A DNA stretch of 32,000 bases from positions 4,740,001-4,772,000 of the forward strand of contig CP126532.1 in the NCBI GenBank assembly GCA_030167145.1. Reading direction: 5' to 3'. Position 1 is the stretch's first letter. The number at the start of each line of letters is the position of its first letter. This document shows, piece after piece, positions 1 to 6,839 of the stretch. Position numbers and translations under genes: made by a program. Below the pieces are notes generated by a model, which saw nothing but the letters and a program-made list of their open reading frames with translations, did not search any database and was not told the DNA's origin. The DNA is from Ktedonobacterales bacterium. GTDB taxonomy: Bacteria; Chloroflexota; Ktedonobacteria; Ktedonobacterales; JADMIN01.

Positions 1-158
1 TGGCAGACGGACAGCAGCCAGCGTGGACGCGAGCGCCTGATCTGTGCGCGATGTGAGCCGCATGTGAGTTCTGTGCGTAGAATGATACGAGAGTGATACG
101 AGAGAAGGCGCGCGCTCAGCGTTTTGTAGCGCCGCGTATACTTCAATAGAAGGCATGT

Positions 159-779
159 ATGACGCAACGAGTGACTGGCGAGATGCACGCGACGACGATT
201 CTGGCGGTGCGTCGCGGCAGTGATGTCGCTATGGCAGGGGATGGCCAGGTGACGGTGGGCGATGTGGTAATGAAACACAACGCCCGCAAGATCCGCCGCC
301 TGGCGAACGGCCGTGTCATCGCAGGATTCGCCGGTTCAACTGCTGACGCTCTGACGCTGTTCGATAAGTTCGAGAGCATGGTAGAGCGTTTTCAAGGGAA
401 TCTGCGGCGTGCGGCGGTCGAACTGACGAAAGACTGGCGCACTGATAAATACCTGCGCCGACTGGAGGCGATGCTGCTGGTGGTCAGCCGTGAAGAGCTA
501 TTCGTGCTTACGGGTGATGGCGATGTCATCGAGCCGGATGACGGAGTGGCGGCGATTGGCTCTGGAGGCTCCTACGCGCAGGCAGCGGCGCGTGCGCTGG
601 TGGAGTATACTGAACTTCCGGCACGGGAGATTGCGCGGGCGGCGATGCGTATCGCGGCTTCTATGTGCATCTATACCAATGACAGAATCCTTTTATTCAC
701 GCTCGATGATGAAGCTGGCGCATCTGGCGGCAGCGAGGCGACGGTTCCGGCGTCGGTGGACGCGGGGCCGCACTCGTGA
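159..779 (+). CDS. hslV: ATP-dependent protease peptidase subunit HslV (ClpQ/CodW type)
   Basis: 206-aa ORF. N-terminus ...[24 protein letters not shown] matches the HslV/CodW catalytic-Thr N-terminus, and a GSGG motif ([10 protein letters not shown]) is present. AGAAGG lies 5 nt upstream of ATG 159 (alternative start ATG 183). hslU follows directly. Confidence 0.9.
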   Translation: MTQRVTGEMHATTILAVRRGSDVAMAGDGQVTVGDVVMKHNARKIRRLANGRVIAGFAGSTADALTLFDKFESMVERFQGNLRRAAVELTKDWRTDKYLRRLEAMLLVVSREELFVLTGDGDVIEPDDGVAAIGSGGSYAQAAARALVEYTELPAREIARAAMRIAASMCIYTNDRILLFTLDDEAGASGGSEATVPASVDAGPHS

Positions 780-829
780 CGCGGGGTGAGAGCGCGGTGC
801 TTGGTCAGAGGGCGAGGAGAGTATGTACT

Positions 830-2287
830 ATGAAGGACCTGACTCCCCAACAGATCGTCAGGGAGCTGGACCGCTATATTGTGGGGCAGGTCGAGGCGAA
901 GCGAGTCGTGGCGGTGGCGCTACGCAATCGTTTTCGCCGATTGTCGTTGCCTGCTGACGTGCAGGCGGAGATCACTCCCAAGAATATCTTGATGATTGGG
1001 CCGACAGGCGTGGGCAAGACGGAAATTGCGCGGCGGTTGGCAAAGCTGGCTGATGCGCCATTCGTGAAGGTCGAGGCGACGAAGTTTACGCAGGTTGGCT
1101 ATGTTGGGCGGGATGTGGAATCCATTCTCCGTGATCTGATGGACGTGGCGATTGGCATGGCCCATGACGAGCGCGCCAACCAAGTGCGCGAGAAAGCAGC
1201 GGCACGCGCGGAGCTACGCATTCTCGACCTGCTCACTGATAAGATGTTGGCTGACGAGACGCCTCCCTCGGCGACGCGCGAAAAGGCGGCTGCGAAGTCA
1301 TCACGCAAGACCGGGGGCGCGTCTTCGCTGGCAGTGCCGGTTGCCGCATCGTCGGCGACGGTGGGTAAGCCTGCGGCGCCCGTGCCCGCGCGCCGCAAGC
1401 GCCAGCAGACACAGAAGTTGGTGGCGGAGCAATTGGCGCGGCAAGAGCTTGAAGAGCAGATGATCGAGATCGAGTTGGACCCAGAGGAAGGCTTTTCCTC
1501 GGTCTTCGAGTTCGTGGCGGGGATGTCGTCAGAAGATCTGGGTGATGGCTTCCAGGAGTTCTTGAATACGATGCCAAGTGGACGGCGCCGGAGTAAGCTG
1601 GTGTCGGTGAAAGAGGCGCGGCGGCTGCTGACGCAGGAGGAAGCCAACCGGCTGATTGACTTCGATGCGGTGATCGAACAGGCGACGCAGCGCGTCGAGC
1701 AGGCGGGTGTCGTGTTTCTGGACGAGATTGACAAGGTGGTGGGCAGCAAGGTGGATATGGGGCCGGATGTCTCTGGCGAAGGGGTGCAGCGCGACCTGCT
1801 GCCCATCGTCGAAGGCTCAACCGTGATGACGCGCTTTGGCCCGATCAAGACGGACCATATTCTCTGGATTGCGGCAGGCGCGTTCCACCATGCCAAGCCG
1901 TCTGATCTCATCCCTGAGCTACAGGGGCGCTTGCCGCTGCGTGTGGAACTTGCGTCGCTCGCCGAGGCGGATTACCACCGCATCTTGACGCAACCGGAGA
2001 ATGCGCTCACACGCCAGTATGAGGCGCTGCTGGGGGTGGAGCAGGTGGCGCTGACCTTCACCGAGGACGGCCTGACGGAGATCGCGCGCTGCGCGTTCCA
2101 GATGAACGAGCGTGTCGAGAACATCGGGGCGCGGCGTTTGCAGACGATCATGGAGAAGGTGCTGGAAGAGGTCTCGTTCAACGCGCCGGAGATGGCGGGC
2201 CAGACGGTAACGGTGGATGCCGCCTTCGTGCGGGGTCGCCTGGAATCGCTGATGAAAGACGAAGACCTCAGCCGCTATATCCTCTGA
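830..2287 (+). CDS. hslU: ATP-dependent protease ATPase subunit HslU
   Basis: N-terminus MKDLTPQQIVRELDRYIVGQ..AKR, Walker A GPTGVGKTEIARRLA, Walker B VFLDEIDK, C-terminus ...DLSRYIL are classic HslU. GAGGAGA lies 9 nt upstream of ATG 830. The track ORF start at 776 (GTG overlapping the hslV stop) is probably an upstream extension. Confidence 0.9.
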   Translation: MKDLTPQQIVRELDRYIVGQVEAKRVVAVALRNRFRRLSLPADVQAEITPKNILMIGPTGVGKTEIARRLAKLADAPFVKVEATKFTQVGYVGRDVESILRDLMDVAIGMAHDERANQVREKAAARAELRILDLLTDKMLADETPPSATREKAAAKSSRKTGGASSLAVPVAASSATVGKPAAPVPARRKRQQTQKLVAEQLARQELEEQMIEIELDPEEGFSSVFEFVAGMSSEDLGDGFQEFLNTMPSGRRRSKLVSVKEARRLLTQEEANRLIDFDAVIEQATQRVEQAGVVFLDEIDKVVGSKVDMGPDVSGEGVQRDLLPIVEGSTVMTRFGPIKTDHILWIAAGAFHHAKPSDLIPELQGRLPLRVELASLAEADYHRILTQPENALTRQYEALLGVEQVALTFTEDGLTEIARCAFQMNERVENIGARRLQTIMEKVLEEVSFNAPEMAGQTVTVDAAFVRGRLESLMKDEDLSRYIL

Positions 2288-2446
2288 AGCATGTCTGAGA
2301 TGAGCCACTGGCCGCACACCTATGGCTCATCTTTCGTACATACGGCCTGGCGCCCATATTCCCGTGGCGACATGGCACATCCCGCTTGACGAGTTGGCGG
2401 CGGATGCGATACACTAGGCAACGTCGCGAGCGCAACGCCCGCGCCA

Positions 2447-2521
2447 GCCGGTGTAGCTCAGGGGCAGAGCAGCTGTTTCGTAAACAGCAGGTCATGGGTT
2501 CGAATCCCCTCACCGGCTCCA
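2447..2521 (+). tRNA. tRNA-Thr (anticodon CGT/CGU), CCA encoded
   Basis: Manual cloverleaf fold. Acceptor GCCGGTG/CACCGGC, D-arm GCTC-AGGGGCA-GAGC, anticodon stem GCTGT/ACAGC with loop TTCGTAA (anticodon CGT), variable AGGTC, T-arm ATGGG-TTCGAAT-CCCCT, discriminator T, then CCA. Confidence 0.9.
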
Positions 2522-2539
2522 CAATGAAAGCCAGAATTG

Positions 2540-2575
2540 AAGCGGCCTGAGCGAGTGAAGCTTGGGCCGCTTTCG
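2540..2575 (+). terminator. Weak hairpin after the tRNA (possible terminator)
   Basis: AAGCGGCC (2540-2547) pairs with GGCCGCTT (2565-2572) across a 17-nt loop. Only a short T tract (TTT) follows. Confidence 0.3.
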
Positions 2576-2808
2576 TCTAGATTCGGGCGTTCTGCATGAT
2601 GGCTTTGTAACTGGTGCTTACAGCAACTTCGCGATCTACCCCATGCAATCGCCGCCCGCGCGGGGCTACGTGGCGGGCGGCAGCATGCCCGAACTGCCCC
2701 TGCCACCGTCGCTACCAGGGCAATTATCGTATGAGCGGGAAGAGCGTGGCGCGGGCGAGGAGAGCGCACGGCATGGTGAGTCTATCTCCATTGCCCTGAG
2801 ACAGCTCT

Positions 2809-2880
2809 CATAGACGACATAGATGTCATAGGCGTCCATATCCTCAGGGATGGTCCTCTATGGCATCTATGGCATCTCTG
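2809..2880. repeat. Quasi-palindromic iteron module, copy 1 (CATAGnnnn x3 / ATCCTCAGGGAT / CTATGGCAT x2)
   Basis: 9-bp-phased CATAG units (catagacga, catagatgt, cataggcgt), a central dyad atcc-tcag-ggat, then inverted CTATG units (ctatggcat ctatggcat). Shares identical blocks CATAGATGTCATAGG, TATCCTCAGGGAT and TCTATGGCA with copy 2 at 4370-4454. Confidence 0.8.
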
Positions 2881-2911
2881 CGGCTTTCGGCAGGCTCGTC
2901 ACACATACTCC

Positions 2912-2940
2912 TTGTCAAATTAGAATATGTGTTCTATAAT
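2912..2940 (+). promoter_or_regulatory. Sigma70-like promoter TTGTCA-17-TATAAT with embedded inverted repeat
   Basis: TTGTCA (2912-2917), 17-nt spacer, TATAAT (2935-2940), set in a locally AT-rich patch. The spacer contains TAGAA-n6-TTCTA (2921-2936), which is operator-like. It sits about 200 nt upstream of the ATPase pseudogene start. Confidence 0.5.
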
Positions 2941-3140
2941 TGTCATCAAGCTCGCGGTGGCACGCATATCCGGCAGGGGTCCGGCGGCGGTTGGGCGAGC
3001 GATGTAGTGATGTGGTGAGCCTGAGTAAGGCGCCATGCGGTTCCGCGAGATACATGCGGAGCGGTCATGGCGTCGCCGTGTCTGTCTCCTCGGAACGCAT
3101 GGAAACAATGCAAACCGGCGCACAGCCGAGGAGGCAGCAG

Positions 3141-4374
3141 ATGGCGAGTCAGAAGGATGCGTACAAGTGGTGGCTTCCCGATTCATTGGCTCATGGTGAG
3201 ACCAGAGACGGAATCAGCGAAAGTAATGAAGCGCGAGATGAGGAAACCTTGCCAGAAGGCAGTCTCTGGCTTTCGCGCTTGCAGCCCGAAAAGCACGAGT
3301 GGCTCTGGCCTGGGCGTATCCCGATGGGCGCGATTACTATCCTGGATGGCGACCCTGGGCTGGGCAAATCGCTGGTGGCACTGGACCTGATCGCGCGTGT
3401 GTGACGACCGGCAGGGACATGCCAGATGGAGCGCCTGGTCGTATCGAGGGGAGTCGGCGCGCGGCGCTGCTGGCGGCTGAAGACGATCTGACGACGACCA
3501 TTTTGCCGCGACTGGCGGTGGCTGGCGCTGAAATGAGCCGGGTGGCCGCGATGCGCGCGATTGAAATCTACGATGAGAAGAAGGATCTCGTAGTGGGGTA
3601 TCGTCCTGTCGTGCTACCCCGTGATATTCGCGACTTGAGCTTTTTTATCATGGAAACCTGGGCCGATCTGGTGGTGATTGATCCACTGTCGGCGTACCTC
3701 GATCCAAATGTGAACACCTGGCGCGATAGCGATGTGCGCGCTGCGCTTATGCCACTGGCCCAGGCAGCGAAGGAGAGGAACACCGCGATTCTCTGCATGC
3801 GACATCTCAACAAGAGCAGCGGCGCGAACGCACTCTACCGGGGTAGTGGCTCGATTGGCATCATCGGACTGGCGCGCTCTGGTCTGCTGGTGGCCAAATC
3901 ACCCGACGACCCAGAGCACGAACGCATCCTGGCCAGCACCAAGAGCAACCTCGGCCCGCCGATGCCCTCGCTGCGCTACCGTGTCACTCTACGAGCGATG
4001 ATCCCTACTCCCAGGCAGTGTGGATTGAATGGCTTGGCCCCAGCGCGTATACCGCGACCTCGTTGCTCAGCGAAGCCAGCAGCGCCGCGCAGGCTGAAGC
4101 CCCGGTGGTGGATGAGGCAGTGGAGTTCTTGCGCGAGGCGCTCGGCGGTGGGCCACGTCCCGTGCTGGAGGTGGAGCATGAGGCGCGTCTCGAATCCCTC
4201 AACGCCAGCGCGCTCAAACGTGCATGTGCGCGGCTGCGCGTGCGCAAGGCTCGCGAGGGATTTGGCCCCGGCGGGCGCTGGATGTGGTCATTGCCCACTG
4301 CTCCATCGGAACCGGCAACCACATCACAAGAAAACATGGCAGCGCCAGCGCAGGAGCCTCCATCCCAAGCATAG
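3141..4374 (+). pseudogene. RepA-like / AAA_25-family ATPase of integrative or plasmid elements, disrupted by two frameshifts
   Basis: ATG 3141 is preceded by GAGGAGG. Three consecutive frames together give one protein: frame A to TGA 3402-3404 (..WLWPGRIPMGAITILDGDPGLGKSLVALDLIARV, Walker A); frame B (..TTGRDMPDGAPG..AALLAAEDD..LVVIDPLSAYL..ILCMRHLNKS..GSGSIGIIGLARSGLLV..STKSNLGPPMPSLRYRV); frame C from about 3985-4015 (..DDPYSQAVWIEWLGPSAYTATSLL...) to TAG 4372-4374. Confidence 0.75.
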
Positions 4375-4454
4375 AAGCCATAGAAGCCATAGAAGCCATA
4401 GATGTCATAGGAGACTATCCTCAGGGATAGGCGTGTCTATGGCACCTTTGGCAT
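4370..4454. repeat. Quasi-palindromic iteron module, copy 2 (CATAGAAGC x3, CATAGATGT, CATAGGAGA / CTATCC-TCAG-GGATAG / CTATGGCAC, CTTTGGCAT)
   Basis: Five 9-bp-phased CATAG units, a 6-bp-arm central dyad, then two inverted CTATG-type units. This is a direct-orientation copy of the module at 2809-2880. The conserved cores are 1579 bp apart. Confidence 0.8.
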
Positions 4455-4615
4455 GGACGTGTACGGCATCTAGAGTCTGAGGTTTGGCTCAGCCGAATGA
4501 CCGATACCCGCAGCGGATCTATGTCGTAGAATGTGGCCGCGCGGGAAAACACGATGCCCGCGCAACAAACCGAATACCTGGGAACCGATACGAGACATGT
4601 GAGGAGGCGGACGCC

Positions 4616-5119
4616 ATGGCGACAACGCAAGACCCCAATGAAGTGCTGGTGGTGCTGTTTCAGGGCGCGGGCCGCGCGGCAGAGGCGCTCGGCAATCTGC
4701 GGCAGCTCAACAAAGAGCATCTGATCCATCTGAAGAACGCGGCGGTGATTACCCGCGACGCCAGCGGCAAGGTTGCGATCCACGAGACACACGACTTCGA
4801 CGCAAAGCAAGGCGCAGTGGCGGGTGCGGTGGCGGGCGGACTGCTTGGCCTGCTGCGCGGCAACGCCGTGGAGGGCGCGCTGCTGGGCGCGGGCGCGGGC
4901 TTCGTCGGCAGCAAAGTGATAGACCTGGGCTTCAAAGACGACTACCTGAAGGAGCTATCCTCCAGCCTCACGCCCGATAGCTCGGCCATCGTCGCGGTGG
5001 TCACGTTCGAGCATGCCGATCAGGCCATCGCCGAACTGAACATCCATGGCGGGCGCATCCTGCGCGAGACCCTGCCAGACGACGTGGCGCAAAAACTGAA
5101 CGCGGCAACTCAGGGCTAA
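4616..5119 (+). CDS. DUF1269-family membrane protein (COG4803-like, glycine-zipper segment)
   Basis: GAGGAGG lies 8 nt upstream of ATG 4616. The layout matches DUF1269 proteins: N-terminal ..VVLFQGAGRAAEALGNLRQLNKEHLIHLKNAAVITRDASGKVAIHET, a Gly/Ala-rich membrane segment GAVAGAVAGGLLGLL..GALLGAGAGFVG, then DDYLKELSSSLTPDSSAIV. Confidence 0.85.
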   Translation: MATTQDPNEVLVVLFQGAGRAAEALGNLRQLNKEHLIHLKNAAVITRDASGKVAIHETHDFDAKQGAVAGAVAGGLLGLLRGNAVEGALLGAGAGFVGSKVIDLGFKDDYLKELSSSLTPDSSAIVAVVTFEHADQAIAELNIHGGRILRETLPDDVAQKLNAATQG

Positions 5120-5167
5120 ATCCGTTGCCACTCCCAGCGATGCCCTATCCGCTGGTCAGTTACGATG

Positions 5168-5198
5168 AAAGAGCCAGGCACGAACTGCCTGGCTCTTT
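5168..5198. terminator. Bidirectional hairpin terminator between convergent genes
   Basis: Perfect 13-bp stem AAAGAGCCAGGCA / TGCCTGGCTCTTT with loop CGAAC. The A-run/T-run symmetry would let it act on both strands. Confidence 0.7.
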
Positions 5199-5231
5199 CG
5201 TTCTCTCCGCTGGCGCAGAGGTTAGCCGATA

Positions 5232-6464
5232 CTACAGGAAATAGCTGGCCTTGCGCGCCGGTTGGGCGGACGCATGCCCGGACGTGACGCCGGTGTGGAC
5301 ATTGTGTGTGGTGGGGGCGGCGCTGCCAGTGCAGGTGAGGTTGCCGCTCTCCGAGACGCCGATGGTCTGCGTGTCGTCAATCGCGAACAGATACGGCGGC
5401 GGTGTGGCAGCCGGAGCATAGCCCACGCCGCAGATGTTGTTGTTGTTCAGCACGTCGCCGTTGCCCTGGTCCGAGATGCCAGCCTGATAGCCCTGGCCGA
5501 CCACACCGTAGCCCGACGTGTTGGTGATTGCGTCGTTGTCGAGGATGTTGCGGTTGGCGTTGATGTGCGTGGTCGTCGCGGGTGGCGTGCAGTAGGCGGG
5601 GCTGGCGGATGAGCTGTCGCCCTGAGAAATGTAGACACCCACATCGCTGCCGATGACCACATTCTTCGAGATCGTGATGTTGGTGGAGAGATCATAGGGG
5701 CCGTAGCAGGCGCCGCCGAAGACCAGGATGCCGCCAGCGGCGGTGAGGCCCGGGCCAGTGTAGGAGACGCCCGACACCAGATTGCTGGTGATCGTGCCAG
5801 TCGCGCCACCGCCCAACTCAATCCCGTTCTGGGCGATGTAGTCCACCGGGCCGTTGCCGATGACGGTGTTATGGGTGATCGTCGCCGAATCGCCGTTGCC
5901 GGTGACCGCGATGCCGTTCTTCTGGAAATACCAGATCAGGTTATTATTGATTGAGCCATGCGCGCCGGAGCCATAGGTGAAGTAGATGCCGACACCATGC
6001 TGATCGCCATTGAAGGGGTTCTCGCCGATGTCATGGATGCGCGAATACTTCACTGTCACCGTGCCGCCGTCATTGACGACGCCAAAGTAGTTCGCGCCGA
6101 AGATTTCCGCGCCGTTGACGGTGCCAGTATGTCCAGCGCCATAGTAGACGCCGATGTTGCAACCACCCGCGTTCACCTTGCCGCCGACCCCCTTCGTGGG
6201 ATTGACGATGGCGGCGGTCATGTTGATGCCGTCGCGGATGTAGCCCGTCGGCTTGCAGATGGCGCTGGCGTGCGCCCCACGCGCTGGCAGGATGGTCGCG
6301 GCGACGACTCCGGCGGCGACGAGCGCTGCTACCACTGGAATGAGTACGCCTAGAAGATAGAGCCGTTTTCGCACTGTCGGGTGCCCTTTCCGTGTGTCCG
6401 CGCCTGTGTGGTTGCGCGCGACACGAATCAGAGGCGCGCGGGAAGCGTTCCCGTCCTCCCGCAT
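5232..6464 (-). CDS. Secreted or membrane-anchored right-handed parallel beta-helix repeat protein
   Basis: N-terminal signal-anchor RKRLYLLGVLIPVVAALVAAGVVAATILPARGAHA, followed by repetitive G/N/I/V-rich turns (NNNLIWYFQKNGIAVTGNGDSATITHNTVIGNG.., ITSNLVSG, ITISKNVVIGSDVGVYI) typical of pectate-lyase-fold beta-helices. The start is uncertain: ATG at 6464, 6485, 6530 or 6560. Confidence 0.7.
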   Translation of the reverse strand: MREDGNASRAPLIRVARNHTGADTRKGHPTVRKRLYLLGVLIPVVAALVAAGVVAATILPARGAHASAICKPTGYIRDGINMTAAIVNPTKGVGGKVNAGGCNIGVYYGAGHTGTVNGAEIFGANYFGVVNDGGTVTVKYSRIHDIGENPFNGDQHGVGIYFTYGSGAHGSINNNLIWYFQKNGIAVTGNGDSATITHNTVIGNGPVDYIAQNGIELGGGATGTITSNLVSGVSYTGPGLTAAGGILVFGGACYGPYDLSTNITISKNVVIGSDVGVYISQGDSSSASPAYCTPPATTTHINANRNILDNDAITNTSGYGVVGQGYQAGISDQGNGDVLNNNNICGVGYAPAATPPPYLFAIDDTQTIGVSESGNLTCTGSAAPTTHNVHTGVTSGHASAQPARKASYFL

Positions 6465-6767
6465 CGTCCATTTCTTTGGGCGCATCCTGGCTGTTGCTAC
6501 TCTGACAAGTAGAGCGGCACGAGAGTGCATAACAGTGCATCTGGTGTGTACTCTCTGCAAGTAGAACGCACAACGCGCTTGTTCGTCACTCTGAGTTTGC
6601 TCAAGTCTGGCTATGACTTCCTACTGTTCTCCGAACCGTCTATCTCCGATTTATTGATGGTTCTTCGTGATTGCACAGCGTGGCGGCATTCATCACGGAA
6701 CGAAGTGAATAATTGCAGTATGGGGGCGATATCGCTTTGTTGGCGAGCAGGGCAGAGGACTCTCGCG

Positions 6768-6807
6768 AAAAAACAACGGCCCCTTCCCCGTGAAAGGAAA
6801 AGGGCCG
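6768..6807 (-). terminator. Intrinsic terminator of pckG
   Basis: On the minus strand: CGGCCCTTTTCC / GGGAAGGGGCCG, a 12-bp stem with 2 G-U pairs, followed by TTGTTTTTT. It lies 33 nt after the pckG stop. Confidence 0.65.
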
Positions 6808-6839
6808 CGTCGAATTACGTCTGGTCGTTCTGCCGGTGC

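Noticed and set aside
776-829. GTG 776 as the hslU start (4-nt overlap with the hslV stop)
   Set aside because: The conserved HslU N-terminus begins at MKDLTPQQIV (ATG 830), which has a GAGGAGA RBS. The 18 extra residues are R/A-rich and unsupported.
4187-4197. TCGAATCCC match to the tRNA-Thr T-arm as a possible att duplication
   Set aside because: Only a 9-nt exact match. It lies inside the pseudogene rather than at an element boundary, and a match of this length is plausibly expected by chance in 32 kb on two strands.
4370-4396. CATAGAAGC x3 tandem as a CRISPR-like or microsatellite array
   Set aside because: The units are only 9 bp with no spacers, so this is not CRISPR. It is interpreted as part of the iteron module instead.
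3299-4480. 393-aa ORF taken at face value as an intact gene
   Set aside because: Only its middle part (about 3405-3990) carries ATPase-like sequence. Its N-terminal portion overlaps the true frame-A start region, and its C-terminal part (..HRSHRSHRSHRCHRR..) is a translation of the iteron repeats. The gene is better explained as a three-frame pseudogene.
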